Assembly: GCA_001029755.1 (NCBI GenBank) | Contig: CP011214.1 | Coordinates: 65,754-129,753, forward strand | DNA: 64,000 bases | Direction: 5' to 3' | Source: Candidatus Woesebacteria bacterium GW2011_GWF1_31_35 | GTDB lineage: Bacteria; Patescibacteriota; Microgenomatia; UBA8517 | Shown: one piece after another, positions 1 through 9,809 of the stretch | Layout of the letters: each line of letters opens with the position of its first letter | Numbering within the stretch: position 1 is the first letter of the stretch | Program-made: the position numbers and the translations under genes | The notes under the pieces: generated by a model | The model's database searches: none | Told to the model about the DNA's origin: nothing | What the model saw: the letters and a program-made list of their open reading frames with translations, nothing else

Positions 1-1477
1 TGAAGATACAGGTGGCATTCGTTGGTGTTGTGCCAGAAGCAACAACTGCAGTAGCAGTAGCACTATTAAAAGTACAGTTTGTACCAGATCCTGAATCAAA
101 TTCATATCCAAATACAGACGATTCAACTATAGAATGGCTTCCATTGGTAACATTAATGAATAAGACCTGACCACTAACATCTGTTGCTATGGTTGTTGTA
201 CCATCTAAAGTAAATGACCATTCTCCTATATTTGCATTGCTTTCAAAAATACCATTACCATCTCTATCCACCATCTTTGAAACGGTAATATCTGGTAATT
301 CAATTACTTGATTAGCAGGTACAGGAACATTTTGTTGTCCAGTTTGTTCAACCGCACCACCAGCAGGATTTAGCCTACTGTGTTGGGAAGATCCATTACA
401 TTGTCCTGCTTCATTTGAGAGTTTTAATTGATAATTTACTTCACCTTCGCCATCACTAGAACCAGATATATCAAGAGTAACCACCCATTCACCTCCTGTG
501 GCGGTTGGACCACTTACTTTTGTAATCGATGGAGTTGTGCCTGAAACATTATTTATTGATCCTAATTCGAAATAATTGTCAAAAAATAAACAAACTCCAT
601 CATCTTGACTAAATTGTATTTCAAGCTGTCCGCTTGCAGGAGAATTTTCAACTTTCGTGTTAAACCGAAAATTAATAGTTTGTCCCTCGGAATAGGAGGT
701 TATATTTCCAGCCGTCCATGAACCATCAGATTTTTGGCCCTCATGACTTTTAGCAGTAATCTTTGGTACACTATCCGTAAAAGTAACACTCGAAATAATT
801 ACACCTCCGCTTTTAACCTCAACTTTATAATCAGGTCTATAGGTTCCATCTAGCTGATAAGGATAAAATAAACCACCCGATTCATCTGAAGTTACTTTAT
901 CACTAAATTTAAAATTTCCTGTAGTTGAAGTTATTTCAATTGTATATTCTTTATTTGGAACAAAACCATTTCCAGTAATTAAAGCTGTGTCTGTTGGAGC
1001 ATAATCTGCCTTATCTGTTATTAATGTTGCACTTCCATCTTGTTGAATTGAAAAATCAAATTCATTAAGTGAAGTAGATTTTGTGTTATCTAAGATAATA
1101 GCATCAAGTTCTACATTTTCAGTTGTTACTGCTTTAACTTCTGGGGATGGAGAAGTAGTAGATGATGGTGAGGAACCTGTCGGTTCGTTTGTTTGAACTT
1201 GCTCTTCTTGTGTTTGTTGTGTTGGTTCTTGTGTTGGATTTTCTGTTGGTAAAATTGTTTCTCCTGGCACTTTAGTTGGTTCTGTTGTTGCTGAAATAGT
1301 TGCTTCTACTGTTGGTTCAGCTGATGGGCTTGCTGTTTCTTCAATGGTAGTAGGAGTAGGTTCAGAAGTTGGGGAAGCTTCTTGTGCCAATACTGCTAAT
1401 GGAGTAAAAAGAGAATTAAACAGCAAAGAAAACGTCGAAATAGCAGAAACCAAGCGTCTTAATAACTTCTCTTTCAT
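1..1477 (-). CDS. Large secreted/surface protein (signal peptide, P/T/E-rich linker, Ig/Cna-B-like beta domains); runs off the window start
   Basis: Manual translation from ATG at 1477: MKEKLLRRLVSAISTFSLLFNSLFTPLAVLAQEASPTSEPTPT...TLITDKADYAPTDTALITGNGF..., open to position 1; directly downstream of a sortase. Confidence 0.8.
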   Translation of the reverse strand, partial: MKEKLLRRLVSAISTFSLLFNSLFTPLAVLAQEASPTSEPTPTTIEETASPSAEPTVEATISATTEPTKVPGETILPTENPTQEPTQQTQEEQVQTNEPTGSSPSSTTSPSPEVKAVTTENVELDAIILDNTKSTSLNEFDFSIQQDGSATLITDKADYAPTDTALITGNGFVPNKEYTIEITSTTGNFKFSDKVTSDESGGLFYPYQLDGTYRPDYKVEVKSGGVIISSVTFTDSVPKITAKSHEGQKSDGSWTAGNITSYSEGQTINFRFNTKVENSPASGQLEIQFSQDDGVCLFFDNYFELGSINNVSGTTPSITKVSGPTATGGEWVVTLDISGSSDGEGEVNYQLKLSNEAGQCNGSSQHSRLNPAGGAVEQTGQQNVPVPANQVIELPDITVSKMVDRDGNGIFESNANIGEWSFTLDGTTTIATDVSGQVLFINVTNGSHSIVESSVFGYEFDSGSGTNCTFNSATATAVVASGTTPTNATCIF

Positions 1478-1524
1478 TTTTTATCGGGCAATACCCGTGT
1501 TATATCATTTTACTATGAGTAAAG

Positions 1525-2151
1525 TCAAATTTTATTTGCTATTACAATTAACCTTTTTAAAGTTGTTCCTGGAGGATAACAAGTTTGAAGTGTTAAAGTT
1601 TCTGTATCTTTTAATTTTTTTAAATATTTTGTATCAGTAGCTACTACAACTTTTACTTCATCAACACTATATTTATATAAAACTTCTTTATAATAAACAT
1701 CAATTTCATCACCCTTTTTAAGTTTTCCTAAAAGGTAAAAAACAGCATTATAATTTCCAACATTATAAAAACTATCAGTAGAATGAGCAAAAATATAAAC
1801 ATTTCCTCCTTCACCAGGAAGTGATGAACCTTTAGCATGTGCAACTCCTTTTTTTAAAACTGGTATAAAAATATTTCTATTAAATGGATCCACATTTTTA
1901 AAAACTGGAGCTACGGCATCTATTTTTGGAATTACAATTGAAAAATCTTTATTTGGTGGTTCAATTTGTTTATTTTCTGTAACATTTCTTTTTGTATTAA
2001 TTTGATAATTTAATTCTTCTTTAAAAACTGGGTAGAAAATTAAATAAATAATAATTAGAGAAACAATAATTAGCAAATTCCCTATAAACTTATATAAATT
2101 ATAATTTTTACTAAAAATCTTTTTACTACTTTTATTACTTTTGGTAGCCAT
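1525..2151 (-). CDS. Sortase
   Basis: N-terminal TM; GVAH...PG..GNVYIFAHS; catalytic TLTLQTCYPPG..KRLIV motif; start moved to MATK. Confidence 0.92.
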   Translation of the reverse strand: MATKSNKSSKKIFSKNYNLYKFIGNLLIIVSLIIIYLIFYPVFKEELNYQINTKRNVTENKQIEPPNKDFSIVIPKIDAVAPVFKNVDPFNRNIFIPVLKKGVAHAKGSSLPGEGGNVYIFAHSTDSFYNVGNYNAVFYLLGKLKKGDEIDVYYKEVLYKYSVDEVKVVVATDTKYLKKLKDTETLTLQTCYPPGTTLKRLIVIANKI

Positions 2152-3118
2152 TAGGATGAAGTTTATGCCAAGCAAAGGCTGTCTCAATAATTTTTGTTAA
2201 ATCATACTTAGGATTCCAACCTAAAACTTTTTTGATTTTGGTATTAGATGCAAAAAGTGCATTTGCATCTCCTTCTCTTCTTGGCCCAAATTTAACATTT
2301 ACTTTTAAATTTCCAAATCTTTCAACTTCCTGAATTACTTCTTTATTAGAATATCCTCTTCCAATTCCCATGTTATAGACATTACTTTCATTTTTTTCTT
2401 CTAATGATTTCAAAGCCAATGCGTGTGCATCTACTAAATCCAAAACATGTACATAGTCTCTAATACATGTACCATCAGTAGTTTCATAATCATTGCCAAA
2501 TATTTCTACTTCTTCATTTTTTAATGCTTTAATTATTATGTTTGGAATCAAATGACTTTCTTCAGGATGTGCTTCACCTATTGACCCATCTAGTGCTGCA
2601 CCTGCTGCATTAAAATATCTTAAAGAAATAAATTTGACTCCATATGCGCTGTCATAATCTTCTAACATTCTTTCCATTACGTATTTTGTTTCACCATATG
2701 GATTGAGTGGATTTTTAGGATCTGTTTCTTCAACTGGAAGTTTAATTGGATTACCATAAACTCCTGCAGAAGAAGAAAGAACTAATTTTTTACAATTACT
2801 TTCAACCATTACATCTAAAAGATTTAAAAATCCAATTACATTATTTTTGTAATACTTTGATGGATTAATAAAAGACTCTCCCATTTGAATAAAACTTGCC
2901 ATATGAACTACTGCGTCAAACTTTTCTGTTTGAAAAAGAGAAAATACTTTTTCTTTTTCCGTAACCAAATCAATTACCTTTAAATCAAAACCTTCAACGG
3001 CTTCTTTATGACCACAAGAAAGATTATCTAAAATCATTACTTCATGTCCATCACTTTTCAGTTTTCTAACCATGAAAGAACCAATATATCCTGCTCCACC
3101 TGTAACTAAAATTTTCAT
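2135..3118 (-). CDS. galE: UDP-glucose 4-epimerase
   Basis: ILVTGGAGYIGS, YGETK, LRYFNAAGA, DGTCIRDYVHV motifs. Confidence 0.95.
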   Translation of the reverse strand: MKILVTGGAGYIGSFMVRKLKSDGHEVMILDNLSCGHKEAVEGFDLKVIDLVTEKEKVFSLFQTEKFDAVVHMASFIQMGESFINPSKYYKNNVIGFLNLLDVMVESNCKKLVLSSSAGVYGNPIKLPVEETDPKNPLNPYGETKYVMERMLEDYDSAYGVKFISLRYFNAAGAALDGSIGEAHPEESHLIPNIIIKALKNEEVEIFGNDYETTDGTCIRDYVHVLDLVDAHALALKSLEEKNESNVYNMGIGRGYSNKEVIQEVERFGNLKVNVKFGPRREGDANALFASNTKIKKVLGWNPKYDLTKIIETAFAWHKLHPNGYQK

Positions 3119-3122
3119 ATTT

Positions 3123-3530
3123 TTATTTTAAATCAAATCTATTTGCAACTTCCTTTATTTTTTTTGGCATTTTAGAAATATTTCCCACAAGCCCAAATAC
3201 AAAAACCCCAGCCCCTATTGTATCAATAATAACATCCCTTAAATGAGGCTCTCTTCCTGGAGTAAAAGATTGATGAAATTCATCAGTTAATCCATATAAG
3301 AAAGCTATCAAAATTGAAAGCCATATTGCTTTTTTCTTTTCAATATCTGAATTAACCATTGCCCTATAGAGAAGAGTAGCTAAAATTCCATATTCAATTA
3401 CATGGGCTGTTTTTTTGATAATAAAATCTTTCCAATAAATTTCAGTTGCAGTTCCTACCTTAAAAGATGAAAAGGAAAAAATAACTAAACCCCAGAGGAT
3501 TGGGGGTAGCCAAAACTTAAGTATTTTCAT
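3123..3530 (-). CDS. VanZ family membrane protein
   Basis: KTAHVIEYGIL, YGLTDEFHQSFTPGR..DVIID motifs. Confidence 0.9.
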   Translation of the reverse strand: MKILKFWLPPILWGLVIFSFSSFKVGTATEIYWKDFIIKKTAHVIEYGILATLLYRAMVNSDIEKKKAIWLSILIAFLYGLTDEFHQSFTPGREPHLRDVIIDTIGAGVFVFGLVGNISKMPKKIKEVANRFDLK

Positions 3531-4347
3531 TACTACTATTATATTCTGTTTTCATTTTTTTATACAAATTTACTCCACCAACAGCTAATAACAATAATCC
3601 AGCAGCAATTAGAAAAATTGCAATAATTGGAGGTTTTAAAGTTGTTGATGCTCCTGCAACCATTCCTTCAGGAGTAGATCTATTGCTATTTTGACTAATT
3701 AGTGTTGGCATATTTGTAAAAGTTTCTTCTGTAGTTTCTGTAGGGCTTGGAATTGGTTTTATTGTTGGAGTTTTTGTTGGAGTTGGTTTAGGGGTTGGTG
3801 AAACGGTTGGAATAGTTGTTGGTGTCTTTGTTGGGGTAGAAGTTGGTTCTTGTGTAGGAACTTGTGTTGGTGATGGAGAAGAAGATGGAGTTGGTAATAA
3901 AATTATTATGGCAATTTCAGGTTTTAAAGTATCAACTGTACAAGTCGATCTAAACCTGTGTGCTTTGAGAATATGGTCACCATTAACAACATCTACGTCA
4001 CTACCAATTTTAAAATCGATAACATAAGTTCCATCAGAACTAATTTTCAAATATTTTGAACAAGTTTTATTAATTTCATCTCCACTTAGCGAGACTAGTT
4101 TTATCCAATCTATTCCGACTTTATTATACCCAACATAGCTACCGCCTTCGTCTATTCCAATTCTAAAATACGAATCTCCATTCGGTAAATCTGAAACCAC
4201 TAAAGTTGCAGAAACAACCTGTTCTTTATCAAAAATGGTTGAATTGGATATATTATCAATTGTGAATGAAAATGCTGCATTGATTTTTTGAGGGAAAATT
4301 AAAAAAATTAGAAAAGTTAAAAAAATATATTTTATTTTACTGGGCAT
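3517..4347 (-). CDS. Secreted protein with P/T-rich stalk and C-terminal membrane anchor
   Basis: Signal peptide ending INA; PTPTKTPT repeats; GMVAGAST then TM helix and basic tail. Confidence 0.75.
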   Translation of the reverse strand: MPSKIKYIFLTFLIFLIFPQKINAAFSFTIDNISNSTIFDKEQVVSATLVVSDLPNGDSYFRIGIDEGGSYVGYNKVGIDWIKLVSLSGDEINKTCSKYLKISSDGTYVIDFKIGSDVDVVNGDHILKAHRFRSTCTVDTLKPEIAIIILLPTPSSSPSPTQVPTQEPTSTPTKTPTTIPTVSPTPKPTPTKTPTIKPIPSPTETTEETFTNMPTLISQNSNRSTPEGMVAGASTTLKPPIIAIFLIAAGLLLLAVGGVNLYKKMKTEYNSSNENT

Positions 4348-4364
4348 GTAAATAGAAACTTAAT

Positions 4365-5474
4365 TTAATAATTTATATGTAAATAGTATGTATCGTATCC
4401 ATCATCCTGTTTTACCCTAACGTATCTTAATGTTCCCCCACCACAAGCAATTGCTCCTTTATATAAAACTCCTGGTTTTACAGCTTTCACTGTATAGTCA
4501 GAAATATTTATCATATCTACTCCAGTATGTGGGGCTCCGTTATAATAATTTAATTTTGCAGCATAATACGTCATTCCATATCCTTGTGTTATCCTAATAG
4601 GTTCATTTATGGGCCATTGCCACGAACCCGTAAATGAAAATGGACTATCAGGTGAGTTGTCCCAGATTACAGATCTGGAAGACAAAAAGCTTGCAGGATT
4701 TTGATGATTTTTATCTTTCACTACTTCAAAGTGAAGATGTCCACCAGAAGAACATGGAGAGGCACCTGATATTATACTTGCAATCCGAGATCCTTCATCT
4801 ATCTTTCCTGATTCAATTTCTTGACCTCTACCAACTAAAATGGACTGTATAGCCTCAAGTTCTGCTCTAGCTTTTGCAAGTAGTGATTGATATTTCTTTT
4901 CATCATTTTTGGTAATTTCTAATAGTTTTGCTTTTGATAACTTTTGAGAATTTAATTGTTTTTGTTGAGTTTCTAATTTAGCTTGTAAATCTTCTTGAGA
5001 AACTTTTTCTTCTTTATAGGTATCCTGCACTTTTTGTAATCTTTGGAGTAAACCTTTATCAGCCTCTTGAATCTTTTTTAGATAAGAATATCTTGAAAAC
5101 ACTTCACTTAAGTTAGATGAAGATATTAAAAGGAAAAATGGGTCTCCAACTCTTCCCATTTTATAAGTTTCAACTACTCTTTCCGAATAAGCACTCGTTA
5201 ATGATCCTAAAGAACCTTCTAATTGATCAATTCTTCCAGAAAGTAGTGAGATTTGTTCCTCCGTTTGAGTAATCTTTAATGTGGTCAGTCTAATCTGTGC
5301 ATCAAATTGATAAATTTGACTTGAAAGGGTTTTTGAAGAATTACCAAGTTTAGTTAAGTTTGATTCATAACAAGAAATTCTTTGATTTAAATCTCCTGTA
5401 CATTCTTGGGCTTTTACACCAAAGGTAAAAAATGCCAACAATGTTAAAAACAAAGAAAAAAAGAATGCTCTCAT
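4365..5474 (-). CDS. Coiled-coil plus M23-family peptidase (FtsEX-associated hydrolase/activator), permuted motif order
   Basis: Signal peptide, long coiled coil, HLHFEV and HTGVD motifs; directly after ftsX. Confidence 0.85.
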   Translation of the reverse strand: MRAFFFSLFLTLLAFFTFGVKAQECTGDLNQRISCYESNLTKLGNSSKTLSSQIYQFDAQIRLTTLKITQTEEQISLLSGRIDQLEGSLGSLTSAYSERVVETYKMGRVGDPFFLLISSSNLSEVFSRYSYLKKIQEADKGLLQRLQKVQDTYKEEKVSQEDLQAKLETQQKQLNSQKLSKAKLLEITKNDEKKYQSLLAKARAELEAIQSILVGRGQEIESGKIDEGSRIASIISGASPCSSGGHLHFEVVKDKNHQNPASFLSSRSVIWDNSPDSPFSFTGSWQWPINEPIRITQGYGMTYYAAKLNYYNGAPHTGVDMINISDYTVKAVKPGVLYKGAIACGGGTLRYVRVKQDDGYDTYYLHINY

Positions 5475-6388
5475 TTTGCTTTTTTAAGAGATCTCTTAAC
5501 AGCAACTAAACTTCCCACTAAAGCTAAAGTAAAACCTACTAAAGTTTCGGTTCCTAAAATTATTGCAAACAATAAGAAATAAGTTATAGGACTCTTGGGA
5601 AGTATTGGAATTTCACCAAAATATGAAATAAGTGATGGAGAAACATAAAGCCACATTATAAAAGATGTCGTCCAACCAATTGCAACTCCTAGAATCGCAT
5701 AGATAATTCCTTCTAATACAATTGGACTACTAACAAACTTTGGTGTTGCTCCAATTAAACTTAATATTTCAATTTCCCCTTTTCTTGAAGTCATTCTCAT
5801 ACTAATAATTACTAGTAAAACCAAAAATGATGTGGCAGCTAATACTCCTACAAACACAATTCCCCCAAGTCTTAAATAATAACTTATCGTTTTTAGTCTT
5901 GTTACAACATCCCCTAGCGATTTCTCTCCTCCCAAATTAGCAGTAAAACCAACTTGGTCAACAATTGCCTCACTCCTTACTTCTTCTATTATTTTTTCAG
6001 CTAGTTTTAAATCAGTCACAGAAAATTCAAGTGATGCAGGAAAAATGGATGGAGACACAAGTTCTGCTAGTTGTGGGTTATCTTCTGTTGCTTTTTTGTA
6101 AATTGCTAAAGCTTCTTCTTTAGGAACAAATTTTACATCTTTAATGCGAATATCAATTGCAAGTTTATTTTGTAAGGCTGAAATTCCATCGGCTTTAGCA
6201 TCATCTTTTAAAAATGCAATTATCTGAGGTCTTGTTTCAAAATATGAAAGAGATTTATTTGATGCATAGACTAAAATTGCGACAGTAGTTGCAACAAAAA
6301 AAGTTAGGGCTAAAACAAAAATTGCAGACACAGCTTGAAACGGAGATCTTTTTATGGCTTCAATTGCAGTTTTGGTATGTATACTCAT
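5471..6388 (-). CDS. ftsX: Cell division permease FtsX
   Basis: 4-TM layout; RKGEIEILSLIGAT...P..LEG motif; follows ftsE. Confidence 0.92.
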   Translation of the reverse strand: MSIHTKTAIEAIKRSPFQAVSAIFVLALTFFVATTVAILVYASNKSLSYFETRPQIIAFLKDDAKADGISALQNKLAIDIRIKDVKFVPKEEALAIYKKATEDNPQLAELVSPSIFPASLEFSVTDLKLAEKIIEEVRSEAIVDQVGFTANLGGEKSLGDVVTRLKTISYYLRLGGIVFVGVLAATSFLVLLVIISMRMTSRKGEIEILSLIGATPKFVSSPIVLEGIIYAILGVAIGWTTSFIMWLYVSPSLISYFGEIPILPKSPITYFLLFAIILGTETLVGFTLALVGSLVAVKRSLKKAK

Positions 6389-7033
6389 CTATACTTTTCC
6401 TTCCTTTAATTCTACACTTCTATGTTTACTATGTTTAATTAAACCTTGATGATGTGTTGCCATTATTATAGTTTTACCTTCTTTATTAATTTTTTCCAAT
6501 AGTTCCATTATTCCTGCTGCTGTATCCCAATCTAGGTTTCCAGTAGGTTCATCAGCTAAGATTAATTTAGGATTTACTACCAAAGCTCTTGCAAGTGATA
6601 CTCTTTGTAATTCCCCACCTGAAAGTTGAGATGGAAAAAGATTTGCTCTTTTAGAAAGGCCAACCAGTTTTAATACATGATCAACTCTTTTTTCCCACTC
6701 ATTTTCCTCAACTCCAGTTACAGCTAATGCAACTTCCACGTTTTCAGCTACAGTTCTTTCAGGTAATACTTTAAAATCTTGAAAAACTATCCCAATTTTT
6801 TGTCTTAGAAGTGGAACATCTTTTTCTTTAATTTGAGTTATATCCTCTTTATCAAAATAAACTTTTCCCGAATCAGGTAAATATTCCCTTAAAATCATCT
6901 TTAAAATTGTTGTTTTACCGGCTCCTGAAGGTCCTGTTAAAAAAACAAACTCTCCTTCTTTAATTTCAAAAGAAACATTTGATAGAGCTACGATTGAACC
7001 GAAGGATTTTGATACATTTTCGAATTTGATCAT
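6389..7033 (-). CDS. ftsE: Cell division ABC ATPase FtsE
   Basis: GPSGAGKT, IVFQDFK, LSGGE, ADEPTGNLD; adjacent to ftsX. Confidence 0.93.
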   Translation of the reverse strand: MIKFENVSKSFGSIVALSNVSFEIKEGEFVFLTGPSGAGKTTILKMILREYLPDSGKVYFDKEDITQIKEKDVPLLRQKIGIVFQDFKVLPERTVAENVEVALAVTGVEENEWEKRVDHVLKLVGLSKRANLFPSQLSGGELQRVSLARALVVNPKLILADEPTGNLDWDTAAGIMELLEKINKEGKTIIMATHHQGLIKHSKHRSVELKEGKV

Positions 7034-7060
7034 ATAGTAAGGTTACTATATGAAAAGAAG

Positions 7061-7528
7061 TTAATCCACTACTTTGATTTTACCAACATCAATAAGCCAG
7101 CCTGCTTTTTTACCTGAAACAGTTTCTCCCCAAATTTGAACTTTTTTACCTACAAATGGACCCATATCAATAACTGATGAAGTAAGATATGCATACTGGC
7201 TAGGTCCACTTCCACGCACCAAATGATACATTCCTTCTCCACCAATTCCACCTTCAGTTAATACTCCGTCTGTAGTTGTACTAAATTTTGATTCATCGGC
7301 AATTCCTGCTTCATTTTCTGTAACTTTTATACTATCTCCAGATTTAATTAATTTTCCTCCACCCTTAACTCCAGAGAAAAGATATCCAGTTCCAATTCCT
7401 GCAAGAACTACTAGTACAGAAACTACACCTAAAATTAAATTTTTCTTTCCTGAGGTAGGATTACTAAATTTTCTAACAACAGAAGGAGCTACTTGTGGTT
7501 TTGGTTGTGGTTCAAGTACTTCTTGCAT
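7061..7528 (-). CDS. Hypothetical membrane-anchored protein (possible OB-like C-terminus)
   Basis: Single TM then soluble domain; probable start MQEVLEP. Confidence 0.65.
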   Translation of the reverse strand: MQEVLEPQPKPQVAPSVVRKFSNPTSGKKNLILGVVSVLVVLAGIGTGYLFSGVKGGGKLIKSGDSIKVTENEAGIADESKFSTTTDGVLTEGGIGGEGMYHLVRGSGPSQYAYLTSSVIDMGPFVGKKVQIWGETVSGKKAGWLIDVGKIKVVD

Positions 7529-7550
7529 ACATATAAAGTTATCACATGGC

Positions 7551-8633
7551 CTAAATGACTGCAAGTTTCAATTCGGCCTCAATGAATTCATCTAAGTCTC
7601 CATCTAATATTGAATCGGGATTTCCTGATTCAACTTCAGTTCTTAAATCTTTAACCATTTTATAAGGATGTAGCACATAACTTCTTATTTGGTTTCCCCA
7701 AGAAGCTGGTCTATATTCTCCTCTTATATCTTTAGCTTCTTTTTCTTCCATTTCTTTTTGCCTAATCCAAAGTTTTCCACGAAGTAGCCCTAAAGCTATT
7801 TTTCTATTTTGTTCTTGAAACCTTTCAGTTCTAGCATTAATTACAATCCCAGTTGGAATATGAGTTAACCTTACTGCTGTTGATACTTTATTTACATTTT
7901 GCCCACCATGGCCTCCTGCTCTTGTAAACTGCCAATCCAAGTCTTCATCTTTAATCGAAACTTCAGGTAAATCAGTTGCATCAAGCTCAGGTAATACTTC
8001 AACTAAAACAAATGAAGTTTGTCTTAAATTATCTGCATTAAAAGGAGATTGTCTTACTAATCTATGTGTTCCAGCCTCGCCTTTAAGGTATCCATATGCA
8101 TAAGATCCTTTAACTGTAAATGTTACACTTTTTAAGCCTGCTTCCTCTCCTTGAGTTGAATCAAAAACTTCTGTCTCCCATTCTTTTTTCTCACAATATC
8201 TTAAATACATTCTAAAAATCATGCTTGTCCAGTCCATTGCCTCGGTTCCGCCTTGACCTGCATGAATTGTTATTGTTGCATTTTTAATATCATATGGACC
8301 AGATAGAAATGATTTTAGTTCTAATTTAGCTAAAACTTTTTCAGCTTTATTAATTTCTTTTTCAAAACTTTCTTCTAAAACTCCGGCATCTGATAATTCT
8401 TTTAATGTATGTATTGTCTCTGAAATTTGGTTAAATTCTGAAAGTTCATCTTTTAGATTTGATAAACTTTGAAGTACTTTTTTGGCTGCATCTTGATCAT
8501 CCCAAAGTTTTGGATCAGATGAATCTGCCTCAAATTGTTTTAAATCATTTTCTTTTTTAGAAAGATCTAAAACATTTTTAAGTTTTTCCAAACGATTATT
8601 TAAATTGTCTACTCTTACCTTGAAGTCATTCAT
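7551..8633 (-). CDS. prfB: Peptide chain release factor 2 (no programmed frameshift)
   Basis: SPF recognition motif, GGQ motif, WGNQIRSYVLHPY; continuous ORF. Confidence 0.96.
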   Translation of the reverse strand: MNDFKVRVDNLNNRLEKLKNVLDLSKKENDLKQFEADSSDPKLWDDQDAAKKVLQSLSNLKDELSEFNQISETIHTLKELSDAGVLEESFEKEINKAEKVLAKLELKSFLSGPYDIKNATITIHAGQGGTEAMDWTSMIFRMYLRYCEKKEWETEVFDSTQGEEAGLKSVTFTVKGSYAYGYLKGEAGTHRLVRQSPFNADNLRQTSFVLVEVLPELDATDLPEVSIKDEDLDWQFTRAGGHGGQNVNKVSTAVRLTHIPTGIVINARTERFQEQNRKIALGLLRGKLWIRQKEMEEKEAKDIRGEYRPASWGNQIRSYVLHPYKMVKDLRTEVESGNPDSILDGDLDEFIEAELKLAVI

Positions 8634-9088
8634 TGAATGCATATTATAGCTTTTATTTTTTTAATTTCAGTAGGATTTAAACTTTGTAAGATTTCTATTG
8701 CATCTTTCGCGGTAGGAGTACTAAAAGCATTTGATTTAGGTATTTCATCAGTAATACCTAATACATTAATTAATTTACTTCTCCCTAAATCAAGAGCTGT
8801 TTTAATAGGTTTAGGAGCATTTTTCCATCCTAAAACTTCGGTTATTGCTGTTTTACCACCAATTAATAAAAAACCTTCAAGAAGTAATGCTAATAAAAAT
8901 CCAAAAAAAAGTCCTATAAGTCCTCCTTTTAAAGACCATTTAACAAAATGTTTTCTAAAACTAGCCATTGAGACAACCAAAAGAAAAAGTAAAACAATAA
9001 TTGCCCCCACTTTTATATAAGATGGGGCAAAAGAAATATTTGTGACAAATGATAAAACAGTACCCCACAAATTTTTTAATAAACTCAT
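8630..9088 (-). CDS. Hypothetical membrane protein
   Basis: Two TM segments; stop overlaps prfB start (ATGA). Confidence 0.7.
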   Translation of the reverse strand: MSLLKNLWGTVLSFVTNISFAPSYIKVGAIIVLLFLLVVSMASFRKHFVKWSLKGGLIGLFFGFLLALLLEGFLLIGGKTAITEVLGWKNAPKPIKTALDLGRSKLINVLGITDEIPKSNAFSTPTAKDAIEILQSLNPTEIKKIKAIICIQ

Positions 9089-9113
9089 ATAGAATAATTA
9101 TACCCTAAAAACT

Positions 9114-9773
9114 TTAAGGATTTGTTGTTGGAGAGGAAGAAGGTGAAGCTGTTGCACTAGGTTTTGGTGATGCTGTTCCTGATGCTTTTGGAGTTGCCGT
9201 TGTTGATGGTTTAGAAGTTTGTGTCCCTCTTAAACCAGTTACTATTAATATATCTACAGTTTGAGTTGAAGATGTTTTTACATTTACTGTCTTATAAATT
9301 TTCTCTAACTCTTTTTTAATCTCATCCTGAACAGTTTGAGGAGTAGTTTTTAAAAATGTCACTGTCGTTTCAGTATTATCAGTTGAACTAGCATTTCCAA
9401 CTTTAATATCAGAATAACCTAAAACTTTTAATTTTTCTTGTAAATAAGCTGCTTCTCCAGTTATTCCTGTTCCATTTTGAATTTCAATTGAAATTTCACT
9501 CTTTTTTACAGGAGCAGGAGTATTTGTAGGAAGAGGGGTTGAGGTTTCTTCATTTGTTACCTCAAAGGATGGAGTAGGAGTAGCTTCTTCTTTGTTACTT
9601 GATCTTGTAAAGAAAAATATCCCTGCACCACCCAAAATTAAAAGACCTATAAAAATTAATAACCATTTGGATTTACCACCCTTTGATTGAGGTTCGACGG
9701 TATAGCTAGTAGGCTGAGGTGGAGTGACTTGATTAACTTCATTAACTTCGGTTTGATTTTGTGTTTCTTCCAT
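9114..9773 (-). CDS. LytR C-terminal (LytR_C)-domain membrane protein
   Basis: TM, P/T linker, IEIQNGTGITGEA...LGY..IKVGNA motif. Confidence 0.82.
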   Translation of the reverse strand: MEETQNQTEVNEVNQVTPPQPTSYTVEPQSKGGKSKWLLIFIGLLILGGAGIFFFTRSSNKEEATPTPSFEVTNEETSTPLPTNTPAPVKKSEISIEIQNGTGITGEAAYLQEKLKVLGYSDIKVGNASSTDNTETTVTFLKTTPQTVQDEIKKELEKIYKTVNVKTSSTQTVDILIVTGLRGTQTSKPSTTATPKASGTASPKPSATASPSSSPTTNP

Positions 9774-9809
9774 TGTGGTTCGGAGTATATCTACATTATA
9801 TATAGGATG

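Noticed and set aside
3740-3895. Tandem-repeat-like DNA (also ~1180-1380 and ~52770-52865)
   Set aside because: Explained by Pro/Thr-rich protein linkers
7551-8642. Programmed +1 frameshift in prfB
   Set aside because: The ORF is continuous, with no CTT-TGA slippery site at the expected position
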